This document shows positions 1-12,808 of a stretch of 64,000 nucleotides of DNA, piece by piece. Source of the DNA: the human T2T-CHM13v2.0 reference genome, Homo sapiens; NCBI RefSeq assembly GCF_009914755.1, contig NC_060938.1. One strand, 5' to 3'. Numbering within the stretch: the stretch's first letter is position 1; each line of letters opens with the position of its first letter. The notes below the pieces were generated by a model. The model was given only the letters and a program-made list of their open reading frames with translations, was not told the DNA's origin and made no database searches. A program made the translations under genes and the position numbers.

Positions 1-2597
1 ATAGAATTCTTATAATGTGTATAGTGTTATTATGGCACTCTGCCCAGGGCTCATCAAAGATAAATGAGGTTTGAAGAGTAGATTTTTTTATGCTAAACTT
101 AATAGACATTCCCTTTCTTTTCTTTTTTTTTTTTTAAATTGGCAAGGGAATGGAAAAGACATCAAAGCAGTTTTCCTATAAATCTATACGAAAATGAATT
201 TCAGAGTCAACTTTTCTGCTTTTATTACCTATGGTGTTTTTATTTTTGGGGGAGCTGAAAGGGAACATAATTCAATGCCTTTCAAGTTGCTTTGGAGAAA
301 TATAATAAATCCAATATATATGGAAAAGTTTATAGAGTTTTTTTTGTAAGATACATACAACTCTAAGATCTTCCTCTGATATTAAAATTGTTTCTAAAAA
401 TTTTTCTTCAAAGTTTCTCATACATATTTCACTAGGTTTCCTAGACACTTAGTAATTTATTATTCTGAATTCCAGTGACAGGAGATGAGGTTTAATATTT
501 TGACTATATGAAGCTGTTGTCTTTTCCAAACTGCTATTTCTAAAATCCTCATCCAAACTTTAAAGTACAATAACGTCTCTCATTTCAGTTTCTACAGCTA
601 AGAATTCGGGGAGAGTGTCCACTAATATTGCAACATCAGCCTCTGAATGTGCTCCTCGTGTGTGAAATTATATTTTTATGACACTTCTCTGGTTTTGTTT
701 GAATCAGCTCTGTTGAAAATCATCTTGAACCCAATTTTTATTCAGTAACTGCCTCTCAATACACATTACTCTTGTAACTGTTAAAGATATGTTGCTTCAG
801 CTTTTCAGGCAAGGCTATTTGAATGCACAAGAGGGTTGTCACAGTGTGCTTATGAGCATGTCAAAGTTAAACAAATGCAAAGTTGCTTAGTTTCATCAGT
901 AGTTAAATCTCATTACAAAACCAATACTTTAAGATAAAGTTCAAAGTTCACAGTTCTAAAAAAATGGAACTTAGCTGTAGTGACATAGTGCTACTTCCAA
1001 ATTATTAAGCTAAAACAACCATGGATTCCAAGCAAATTTTCTCTGGGGGGGAAGGTAGCCTCAGAGTCAAGATAAACCCTTCTGACCAGAAAGTCTTGAG
1101 TCGTGATTCTAATTGTTCCACAGACTGAACACTGAGTTTATCACTTTATAAATGGTTCACCATATGTAAAATAAATACAAGCTGCCACACACATACAATT
1201 AACACCTAAAATCATTAGTCATCTTTTATCTGCTGTATTCAAGAGAATGTTGTTTGTACTAATTAGAAGAACCCTGGGTAAGAGACAGACTTGTCTCCAG
1301 GTTTTCTTCATTTACCTAAATTTCAGTTGCCTTACAGAGTAGGAGGTAGAAATTAATAGATATGTGTGAAAACATAGTAAAACTCCAGGGCTTTACCTCA
1401 GAAGCCAAATCATAGCACAGCAAGGAAAATCTTAAATAGATGTTAAGGAATTGAAAAATATGTACACCTTTGAAAGTCAACCTTTCCTAAATGTGCAGAA
1501 AAAAGTTGACAGACATTCGGTGATGTTAATGGTATTGAAATGATCCCAGATTTAGAAGACTGTTGCAGACGCGGCTAACAGGAGCCTTTCCCCATGGACT
1601 AAACACTGTATTTCACAGCCCTGGCTAAGTATTAGAATAACCTGGACAGCATGTGAATTAATTGATCAGGGTTGGAAAAGGATGTTCTTTTAAACCTCTC
1701 TAGTTAACCCTAACGTACAAAGATGGAAAAGAAAACAGATTGGAAATAGTGCAGAAAATGTTCAGAAGGTTCACATTCAGAACATAATGTTTGCAGGTTC
1801 CCACCACCTCCGCTACATAGAATGGCATGCCTTTAAAAAAAGAAATAGTTTGGGTGGAGTCCTGATTGCATCAGTAGATTGAAATCTGTTGAGTAGTAGT
1901 AGAACCTCTCCTTTTCATATAATATCCACCACACACGGCAGTGTTACAAAATTTAATACACTAAATTAGATATGCAGGTAAAATATATTGCTTTGATTGT
2001 ATCTGTAGCTTCCTTCAAGACAACATCCCATGGGTAGCAGGAAAAGAAAATAATAGAAGTTTAAGCTTAGTCTGATTCAAAAATCAAATTAGTCCTCTTA
2101 TAGTAATGTATTTCTTAGAGAAAAGAATCTGTTTCACAAATAACCTCCTTATTTCCTGCTTCTTTTTCCAAGACACTAATCAAACATCACATGGCATGTA
2201 CCTGTGAGTTTTCATAACATGAGACGAAGGTAGAAGAGAACTCGTGTCATCCTAGTTCCACAAGCATGCACAGATAGCATCATCTGGTCTATGGCAGGAC
2301 AATACACTGTCTACTGATACCATGCTTGCTTTGATGTTCACCTATGACCAGTGAATCCTCTGATGTTACATTGGCCAACTCAAACTGACTTGGCTTCTTT
2401 TTCAACCTTGCTTGTTGGAGACTCTTCAGTATCTGCCACATCATCTACACAACCTTAAGGTTTGATGATCCAGCCCTCCCTCCATCCAATGCTGTTAGCC
2501 TCAACTCACCCTGCCACACATTTTGGAAGGTGGCAATTCTGCCACCTCTTTATCTTTTTCCTGAAAAATATGATAATTTGATATTTAAAAGATATCT

Positions 2598-2795
2598 TTA
2601 TATACAGTGTGGAATGATAGACATTGCAGACTCAAAAGGGTGGGAGGGTATGGAAGGGGTGATAAATTACTTAATGAGTGCAATGTACACTATTTGGCTG
2701 ATGGATACCCTAAAAGCCCAGACTTCACCACTACAAAACATACCCATGTAACAAAACCACATTTGTACCACTTACATGTATACAAAAAATAAAAT
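2598..2795 (+). mobile_element. L1PB-type LINE-1 3' end, 5'-truncated
   Basis: L1PB-like 3'UTR (CCCTAAAAGCCCAGACTTCACCACTAC...CATGTAACAAAAC) ending in an A-rich tail; imperfect TSD AAGATATCT (2589-2597) / AAGATGTCT (2796-2804). Confidence 0.8.
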
Positions 2796-4468
2796 AAGAT
2801 GTCTAGAGTTGGAATGAAATAGAATGGCATTCAGATATACTTGGTACTGGAGGGCTCTAATTTCCTCACTTAGCTGCCAGCTTCCCTTACTCATCACTCA
2901 TTTTTTCCTGTCTTGCCTCTTTTTTATTTTTTTTAACTTCTCCTCTGCTTGCCCTAGAAGCTTGAAGATATAAAGGCTGTATCAAAGTGTATCCAATTGA
3001 GTAGGAAAAAAGCAAAAGAAATTGCCTCAGTTTTTGTTTTTTGTTTTCTCTTCCACTTCACTTTCTAGTTCAAGGGTCAAAGAGCCATGTCAGGACAAAG
3101 CCAAAAAAAAGGCCATGTGCTTGAGACCCCAGTCTCTATATGAGAAGTGAAAGGTTGTTGAAGAAGTGAAGGGTGCAAAGTTAGAAATACAGAAGCTACC
3201 ACATTGTTGACCCATCTGGATACTTAAAGTTATTCATTTAGAAATAGGAGGAATTTGCTTACTATTTTCTAAAAATTATATTTTTGGAAGAAGTGGAACT
3301 TGTAACATTAAACACTAAAATCAAATGACTATTAGTATGTTCAAGGCTATATCTCTTAAAACGCTAAATAGCAGGGGAAAAAACTATTTTCCTGTAATTG
3401 CTTATCTGCGTAATTTTAAATGGTAGTTTTCTTAAAATATTCATTTAACCTTTCAGAAAACATAACACTTTTGGCAGGAATGCACTTACAATTTTGTAAG
3501 ATAGGTAGATAATAATCAACGCACATGTATATATGCGTTGGGGTGTAAGAGAGAGAAGAAATTTATTCTGGCTGAAGAAACAAAAGCTAGACTGCAAGAT
3601 CACTCAATGAGTCAACATCACGGTGCAGATGAAAACTCTTTACATATTTACTTATTTAAAATCACCCTAGGGTGCAGACTGGAGCAGTAGGAATTAATTA
3701 GATTATACAAAATAGAACACCAACGACCAAGAACAATTCAATTCAACCCAAGATGAATTTTTAAATATCTCTCATTTTGCGTTCTAAAAATGAGTATAAA
3801 ATCCATTTGCCCAACTAACGCAAGCAGCTAATGTCTTTCATTTTTTGTGGCTCTGGTCAATGACTCCATTTCTCCAGCTATAATTTAGAAATTCTGAGAA
3901 AATATGTTCTTTTCTCCCTCACTGGACCACAGAACAAAAGTATTGATAAATATAAAACACCATTTGACCTTTCACCTTTCCCAGAGAAAATTATTATATA
4001 TCATGATATATATATGTATTTATGTATAGGTATATGTGTTTGTGTGTTTTTATATCTCCAAAATACTTTATTTTATGGCCTGAGTTTGTGAACCTCTCAT
4101 GGTAGGTAGTTCCTACCTGCCATGAGCTTGCTTTACCTCTAGACTCTCTATAGTTCTATGCTGAAAATATTTTAACTGTGAAACTAGCTACAAAAAGTTT
4201 ACAAAGCTACCAGATATCTCTGTTAATCATTGATAGTGACCTGAATGAAGAGTAAATTGTGCTCCTTGTCAGACTCCGCCTTTTGATGTGTCCAGCTCTA
4301 TCTCCCATTCACCAGAAAACAGTCCTAAGGGAAAAGACTGAGGGAGGAAATAAGAAACAACATGACAACAACACATGCTATTTCCAAAGGGTCCGTGAAG
4401 TTTCACAAGCATACTATTGTTTTCCATGTCCACTGGGAAAAAAACAGCAATATCTCTCTGTCACCAAA

Positions 4469-4471
<3 letters not shown>

Positions 4472-4532
<61 letters not shown>
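4472..4532. repeat. (TA)30 microsatellite
   Basis: 61 bp of uninterrupted alternating TA. Confidence 0.99.
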
Positions 4533-4534
<2 letters not shown>

Positions 4535-4749
4535 TTCAACATTGTGGGAGATAATTTGATCATCAAGTCAAGAAAGCAGAGGAAGATCTGAGTCAGGGGA
4601 GGCATGATTTCTCCATCCTAAGAGATTAAGTATTAGCTCAACTGCCATTGAAAGAATGGATTTAGATAGGTCAGATGTTTCCACATCACAGGAGGGAGTG
4701 TGAATACAAGGCCATAAGGTCATTTCAACAACTCTTTCCCACTGTTTTT

Positions 4750-4895
4750 ATTATCTCATGAATCCTGCCAATTTCCTTATGAGGCTTTCATGTGGTATTA
4801 TTAGATCTATTTTGCTGGAGGAAAAACCCTAGGAAAGGTGCAGTGAAATGATGTGTTTGAGGTCATGTGAGTTATCATCCAGGCCTGGAATTAGC
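4750..4895 (-). mobile_element. MIR SINE fragment
   Basis: Degenerate antisense MIR core (TATTATT..ATTTTGCTGGAGGAAAAACC..GAGGTCATGTGAG). Confidence 0.45.
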
Positions 4896-7135
4896 CACCT
4901 ATGCACTTCTCAGACTGATTTTACTGTCTGTGGCCCCTCTCATAACAGAAGTCACGAGATGCTTGGACTCTAGACCCAGTTTTCTCCAAGTTGATCTATT
5001 TTTTTTCCCAAAAATACTAATGTATTAGAAATTAGTCACATATGAGTAAACCTCATGCATGGCTCCCTAAACCAATTAACATGTCAGCTCTAATGTACTG
5101 TTAGACAAATAATTTGAAATATTTGTAAAAGAGCAGCATGAGAATTTAATCTCCGCAATTAGGCAGGGATCTCAGTTAACTTTTGATATGCCTGAGGGAG
5201 CTCACAACTAAGAAAGCACCACCATTTTTACTGCCTCTTGTTTGTGTCAGGAAAAGACAATGCTGGGATGCTCCAAAAGTTCCAAATCCTAGTATTGGAA
5301 AAAAAAAATGTAAGAGCTCTTCATGGCATCAGGTTGACAAGCAAACCAGCCAATCCAGAGACTTATCAAACCTAGTCCTAAAGATCACAGAGGTAGAAGT
5401 TGCAAATTCTTTAAATTGGAGATTCCAAAAGGTGGCAAACTGTTTTCCTTGGGTCTTAAATTAGTTTCTTCTATGATAATTACAGCCTGTTTATCTTAAT
5501 CCTGTGAAATGGAATGATTAAGGAATCTATAATTTCATATAGCTCTTAAAAATAGTTCCCAGTATAGAGAATCTCCAATTCCTTTTCTTCCTTAAAGGTA
5601 TTTCCCATTTTATCATTTTGGTGATGAAAATCTGGAGTTTACAGAAAATCTTGAATAAATAGTTCACGAAATAACTGGCTTTTCATTGTTTGCCTATATG
5701 GCTTCCTGGGCCTGAACAGGTAATTGCCTAAAGGTCAGAATTAAGGGAACTGAAAGGACCCTCATATTAAAATACCTCTCTCTCAGCATTCTCTTACAGT
5801 GCCTAAAATGGACATGTTATTTCTCTTGGGTAAGAAATAATATAAGAAAAGTATCTTATCAAAGTGAAAATACCATCTAGAATGATTTAAGAACTCAGCT
5901 ATTAGCTAGAAGTTATTATTTATTACCTAGATAATTCTCTAGTTAAAAAGTAAATTAATCATATGATTTAGAGTGGGGTTTTTGTTGTTGTTGTTATGAG
6001 ATTTCATTAACTCTAGTTACATTCCAGGCACTGAAAGTGTGGGACACTCTACAAGTATATTCTGAAGAAGGTCAGAGAAGATTCAGCACACCCACATGGA
6101 AATTTCCAGGAGGCTTGAGTTGAATGCCAGTGTGTATATTATGACTGCACCCAAAGGGAGGTGAAAGACCAATGAAAGAGGAATAGGAAGATTATGAAAA
6201 TACATTCACTGACTTTATTCTTTTGCCTGGAGTTGACCCTAATATTATATATCTTTAACTGAAAGTGCTAATTACACATTGTACAGGGTGAAAAAGGAAC
6301 TCGCTGTTCTCTGTGGTTTTCTTCACTTTGGTTCCAATGTTTATAGAATTGTACTATTAGAGGAAAAGGAACCAAATTATTTCCCCCTGTATTTCTTGTT
6401 CTCTATCCCGTTGTCTGTTTCCTCCATCCCAATAATTTTTTTTTTCTTATCTCTCACTTCCAAGTCCACAATACTCCTGCAAAACATACACACTTTTTAT
6501 AACTTTACTTTCTCTGGCCCACATTTTAGCCTAGGACAGATTTAAATTTATTGTCAGAAAAAATAGGTCAATACCGAGGGAATCTACCTACTTCAAAACC
6601 TGAAGCTAAGTCCCCAAACTAAAGTAAAGGGAACACACATCCAAAAAATCCCACCACAGAGTAAACAGGCATTATTCTCTTGGTTTAAACGTCATTTCTT
6701 ATCTCCCCATTTCTTTCCTTGCTTATTGACAACCCTTAGTAGTTTCAGAGAATAGGGTTTTCTAAAATATTTTGAACTATAAAGTCAGCAGTTTTGAAGG
6801 TAAAGCAGGAACGTTTCAAGGCAAACACAGTGGAGCTCCTTCCTCCTTCCTCTCCTATTCTTCCATCCAGCTAAGACAATTTGATTCAGGAATCTAAGCC
6901 CCAGCCACATGCTTGACCCAATGTTCTATCACCACATTCTGGGCAAGGCTACTCATTAACTGGCTTTCTGTGCTAGCTGGCTGTATGCAGAGAGCTATCA
7001 AGATGAGACTTTCCCTGTTCCTTATTCCTTGACTAAAGTTAACCTTGGACATTCTATTAATTACTCCAAAGAATAATATGTGAAACAATAATCAGAAATA
7101 AAAGCCAAATCCAATGAGTTCTTTAAAAAAAGGTG

Positions 7136-7718
7136 CAGTAGGTCCTGTAATAATGTTGTTTCATTATAATGTTGTGAAAATATATAGATTCCCAGCCAGG
7201 AGCCACTGTCTGTGTGGTCTGCACATTCTCCTCACGTCTGCATGGGTTTTGTCCAGGTACTCTGGTTTCCTGCCACAAATGTGCACACTAGGTGATTGGG
7301 GGTGTCTAAATGTTCCCAGTCTGAGTGAGTGTGGGGGGTGTTAGAGTGCACCCAATGACAGAGTAGTGTCCTGGGCTGGGTGGGTTCCCGCCTTGAGCCC
7401 TGAGCTGCTGGGATAGACTCCTGCTACCCATGATCCTGAACTGGAAAAACTGGAAAAATTTTTATCTTATTTGTTTTTATTAATCTTTCTTAAATGTATG
7501 CATAGCTCACATTTATTTCAATGTTTAATATTATAAGTGTTTTGTTTTTTATTTAAAAGTTTAATAACTTTTTGTGAGCAAAAATATGCCATAGGAACTT
7601 AACTTTTGTTTGTATCAATTAGCCTATGGTAAAATTAGTTCTGTTAAATATATATATCAATTCAGTTAAAGTCACTGTTTCCAAGAACCTACTGATGACA
7701 TAAAGTAGGGCCTTATTG
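7136..7718 (+). mobile_element. MER6A (TcMar-Tigger) DNA transposon, near full length
   Basis: Starts CAGTAGGTCCT..AATAATGTTGTTTCATTATAATGTTG; internal GCCACTGTCTGTGTGG..GCACATTCTCC..GGTACTCTGGTTTCC; ends with a degenerate TIR near GGGCCTTATTG. Confidence 0.8.
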
Positions 7719-8199
7719 TCCACCATCAATGTCAACATTACCCTTAATATTGACCACTGAATGCTGACCACTGGCCCCTTAATAGGCTGACCGTACCATA
7801 AGTGCTTGTCCTGCTTTCTCCACTGGTTTCTTTGTATCATTTACATTTTATCAAGCATCGAGCCAGCCTCACCATGTGCAGTCCCTCACAGTGAATATTT
7901 AGCCATCTGTAGCACCTATGAAAGAAAGTGAAATTGCTAAAGAATGAAAGTTACTTAATAACTCAATTAACAGACAATAAAGGAAAGCATGGGTAGAACA
8001 AATAAATAAACATTGCATTAATGAATGAGCTTTTAAATGGCCATTTTTATTAGTTTCCCTTCTCATCAGGGCTCATTATAAATTCCATCTAGAGAAAGAC
8101 ATAACTGGGTGACCATCACCAACTTCCCTGATGCCAGTGATGAGGAAAAGCCATCAAAGGCAATAAGCCACTGTTGCTTCCCCCATATCTCTCTAAGTA

Positions 8200-9330
8200 T
8201 CTAGTAAATAAAGGTTAAGTTCATGGAAATACCAAACTTCCATTTGTTCAGCCCCAAACTTTGGAGTCGTTTTCTTTTACTTTCCCTCTCTCTCAGGCCA
8301 TATCCAGTCCATTAGGAGATTCTGTTGGCCCAAGATTTAGATTAGATCCATAATATGGCCATGTCTAACCTTCCAACCACTACCACCCTGATCCACATCA
8401 CCATCATCTCTCACGTGGAGTATATAATAGCTTCCTAACTTACCTCCTTGTTTCTCAACACAACCCCAGTGATGTGTTCTTTAAAAAAAAAGGTGCAGTA
8501 GGTTCTGTAATAACATTATTCATTATAATGTTGTTGAATATATATATATATTCCCAGCCGGGAGCCACTCTCTATGTGGTCTGCACATTCTCCTCATCTC
8601 TGCATGGGTTTTGTCCAGGTACTCTGGTTTTCCGCCACAAATGTGCACACTAGGTGATTGGGGGTGTCTAAATGTTCCCAGTCTGAGTGAGTGTTGGGGG
8701 TGTTAGAGTGCACCCAATGGCAGAATACTGTCCTGGGCTGGGTGGGTTCCCGCCTTGAGCCCTGAGCTGCTGGGATATAACAGATAAGTCAGAACTCCTT
8801 ATTGCTCTGTTTCCAACGCCCCAGTAGATTTCTACATCTTCTGGAGTTTTGGCATCAGTCCTTCACAGTGATTCACAAGGCTCTTCATCATCATGGAACT
8901 CTCCCCGCCCCAGCACAAACTGCTTAACTTTATATCCAGCTGATCTCACCCTTGCACACTCTGCTCCAGCCACCCTGGCCTTCTCACTGCTCCTTGAAAA
9001 CGCCAGGCACGTGCCTAACTCAGAGCGTGTATCGTGGCTGTTTCCTCTGCCGGGCTGTTCTCTAAAATATGCTCCCCCCAAACCTGTACATGGTTCACTC
9101 TCGTACGAACTTCAGGTCATTGCTTAAGTGGAATTTTTTCCATAAGATCTATACCAATCACCCTATTTAAATTTCAGCCTCCCACCCCCAGACTTTCCAA
9201 AACCCCTTATCGTCTTTTATATTTTTTCCTCATCCTTTGGCAACTACCAAATTATTTTCTTATTATATTAATTGTTACATCTCTTCCTTCTACCCCCAAG
9301 GGATCCAAAATGACAGAGATTACTGTCTTT
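8200..9330 (+). mobile_element. L2 LINE fragment, interrupted at 8472-8777
   Basis: L2 motifs (CCCCAAACTTTGGAGTC, CCACTACCACCCTG, CACTCTGCTCCAGCCACCCTGGCCTTCT) are collinear on both sides of the inserted copy. Confidence 0.7.
8472..8777 (+). repeat. Local duplicate of 7114-7415 (5' half of MER6A plus ~22 bp of its flank)
   Basis: About 92-93% identical by eye to 7114-7415, including the non-transposon flank GTTCTTTAAAAAAAGGTG; homology stops abruptly at CTGCTGGGATA. Confidence 0.95.
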
Positions 9331-11056
9331 TTTGCTTATATGTTTCTAACAAGCCTTCTGGAATTTTGATAGGAATCTTAACAATATTACGTCTTCCAGT
9401 CTGTGATTATGGGCTGTCTCTCCATTTATTTAGAACTCCTTTACTTTCTCTCAGGAACGTTGTGGATATTATGAACTATTGGTTGTGTTCACCAGTACTT
9501 CCATATTGCTGTAGTTAGTAGACCCACTACTAGATCTTATTATTTAATACATTAATAAACATATGTATTACCATATCATAGATTTATTCTTTATATTTTA
9601 ACAACTTAAATATAGCTGGCTTATTTAAGTAAAATCAGAGTAGACGTACAATCCCATACAAAGAAAGCTGTATTTACATTACTTCTTTTCATGGCTGTAA
9701 AGTCGAAAAGAAAATTGAGATTATTTTGTAGTATCCACTGCAGATGCTAATCACCAGATTTGCTTTCTTCTTGTGGGAAACCTTCTGCTTGGGGATACCT
9801 GACGATTAACTATACATACATAGCATATATATACATGTATGTACCTGTCACCAGCATTTCTTACCATAAATGAGCTTCCTATCATTCTGAAATATCCAAA
9901 GATGCCTGAAACATTCTTCAAAAAATTTCATAAATTGAGTAAGAATAGGAGCTATTTTCTGTGGGATTTTTTTCTGTAAACTTTTTGTAGTCCTATTTTG
10001 TTTATCCACAGAACTTTACTTTTCTCTTCCCCACACTCCTCTTTAAGTTATAATTGTAGATTTTTGCAGCTTTTTTGCTTATGAATTGCTCAAGTGGGCT
10101 GTCAGGTAAAGCTTCTCAATTTAAATTCTATATTTAGACATACACTTTCCACGTCTGATTTTTTTTCCTTACCTTTCTTAAGCAGCATTTAGCAGGATGT
10201 GTGTTGACGTGTGTGCAGTGTAAATATGTGCTTTAAATGACTAAGTTTCCTGGATAACCTAGGACTTATAGAGAGATTAGGTACTACAGCTTAGAAGATC
10301 ATTTCTCACAATTTCTTGGAACTATAGGGTGTGGGCAGGAAGACTGGAGCCTTTTATCTTCCACCATGTCATATAGCCATTTAAAACCTTCAGTGTTTTT
10401 CAGTAGCTTTGATTTTACACTGGGTCCAAGCCACACGTAGATGTGCCATATATTAAATAAGACAAATTATATAGAAAATTTAAGTAGGGGATATGGCCAC
10501 ACCTATGACCAAAGTTTTTTATTCTAACCTTTTATGTTCAGAGAATATCAAAATCTGTAAAAAGCTCTCATTTGAAGAAAGATGTTCCCTGTCCTTTCCT
10601 CAGCTAAAGATGATGACATGTTAAGGAATTTGATAAAAAATTAGTTCCGTAAGTATTATCACTACAAAGAAGCAAAAGCCATCTTCTGATGGTAAAATTG
10701 AGAGCCAGTCAAATGTCAACTGATCCAAATGGCTGAAAATAAAATGTCAGAATGAGGAAACCTTGCTGAACACATTTTACTTTAAATAGCTGCCAAGAAC
10801 AGGATTCTTTTAGGGGTGACTATGCCCGCTCTGTGGACAGCAACTACACTCCAGAAATAAAGGAACTATATATGCATTTCTCCTTCTGCTAAGGAGAAGC
10901 TTAAAGGCTAACCTCTGGGCCCCTTGACTTGCTCTTCAAGACAGACCACTTTCAGGGTTCATCAATACTACAAGCTTTCTGTCATCAAGGGTGTGTGCTG
11001 CAGGATCGGAACATCTGGGCATGGCTACTCCAGCACAAAACACACAGCCAGCACCG

Positions 11057-11092
11057 CACACACACACACACACACACAGACACACACACACA
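11057..11092. repeat. (CA)n microsatellite, interrupted
   Basis: CA run with one GA interruption. Confidence 0.95.
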
Positions 11093-11138
11093 GTGTTCTT
11101 GTTACAACTAGATGCAACTAGTTAACTTGTTCCTTCAC

Positions 11139-11453
11139 TAGTCATGCAGTACATAATGACACTTAGGTCAATGACTGACCACATACATAACAATGGTTCC
11201 ATAAAATTATAATACTTTACATTTACTGTACCTTTTCTATGTTCTGATACACAAATACTTGCCATTGAGCTACAATTTCCAACAGTATTCAGTACAGTAA
11301 TGTGCTGTACAGGTTTGTAACCTAGGAGCAATAGCCTATACCAGATAGCCTAGGTGTGTAGTAGGCTATACCATTTAGGTTTGTGTAAGCACATTCTGAT
11401 GTTTGCGCAACAACGAAATCGCCTAAGGATGTGACTTAAACAATGCATGACTC
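11139..11453 (+). mobile_element. Tigger3a (MER7-type) DNA transposon
   Basis: TIRs AGTCATGC...GCATGACT; internal TTTACTGTACCTTTTCTATG and CCTAGGTGTGTAGTAGGCTATACC. Confidence 0.85.
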
Positions 11454-12303
11454 TATTTCATTTATATTTCTACTGGAGAGCTAGTATTTTTTGCTCTTGC
11501 GTAGTTCAAATTCAGTCTTTCCTCACTGGCCCCCGAACCTATCTGTTAATTCCAAGTTGAACAGCTCTTTCTCTGCAGGACCCAACCTTGACTGTGGGCT
11601 TCTATTTCTCAATCCTTGATTCCCCTTAAACCAATTTTAATCAAGTTTCCCTACTCTAATTTTTAAAAATGGTACTTCAAATATCAACACTCTGCCTCAA
11701 ATCTCACAGAATAATCTAGTTTCTCCTATGATGATTGTTTGCTCTTCATATTTTTACCTTTAAAGAAAAAAAACCTCACACTAAAAATCAATTGTTTCTG
11801 AAAATGATATTAATCTCTTTCTTCTAGAGCCTGTCACATTTTAACTTTCTCTATTTCTTATTCTATGTTATAAATTTCTTGTTAAAAAATGCCAAATATA
11901 GACTTCTCACCTTCCTTGTCTTTAAAACCCAATTAAATTACTATTATTTTTCTCATATCTAAAGAGTGTTATATTAAATCTACCTAGGATTAGACCAAGG
12001 TGTTCGCCAGGTCACACTACATGTCTTCAGAAGTTGAAAATGTACTTACGGTTTTGAAAACTAGTCATTCTTTAAAATACTGTTAAAGTGCAGTGTACTT
12101 AAAACAATCTCAGAAAAACCTTTTTGTAATTTGAATTTCACCAACTAATTATCTTCCTTGTGAATTCTAATCTTAATAAATTGAGTTGTTGTAAAGCAAG
12201 TACCACCTATACTTAATCTCCACGTCCTCAGGAAAATATTTTGGAGCACTGGAGACAAAGGCTTTACGTTCTTTAGCTGCTCTGTTCTGCTCGCCCTGTA
12301 GAC

Positions 12304-12808
12304 CAGAGATCTCAAATGTTTTGGTCTCATGAGTCCTTAACATTCTTAAGAAGTATGGAGGATTCCAAAGAGCCTTTTTTATGTTGGTTATATCTATTAA
12401 TATTTACCATATTACAAATTTAAAACTCAGGAATTTTAAGGACATGTATTTATTAATAAATAGCTTAAAATAACAATAAACCCATTTTATGTTAACATAA
12501 ATATGTATTAATGAAACATAACTATATTTTCCAAATGACAAAAAATTAGTGAGATGGATTTGGCTCCACATTTTTGCAAATTTCACTAACGTCTGGCTAA
12601 CAGCTGGATGTTCATATGTGCATCTGCATTCAGTCTGTTGTGGTAACTCACTTCACGTTTCATCTGCAAAACTCAACTGCACACTTCTTAGAGACTAGGA
12701 GTGGAAAGACAAGTAATATTACAAAAAAATAGTTTTGACTTTGAGAACCCCCTGAAGGTGTCTTAAGAACCCCTTAAGAGTCCTCAGATGACACTTTGAG
12801 AACTGCTG
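12304..12808 (+). mobile_element. hAT-Charlie element (Charlie4a-like)
   Basis: TIR-like ends CAGAGATCTCAAA...TTTGAGAACTGCTG; 8 bp hAT-type TSD CTGTAGAC / CTATAGAG. Confidence 0.7.

Noticed and set aside
4259-4605. ORFs with YIYIYI runs
   Set aside because: Translation of the (TA)30 microsatellite.
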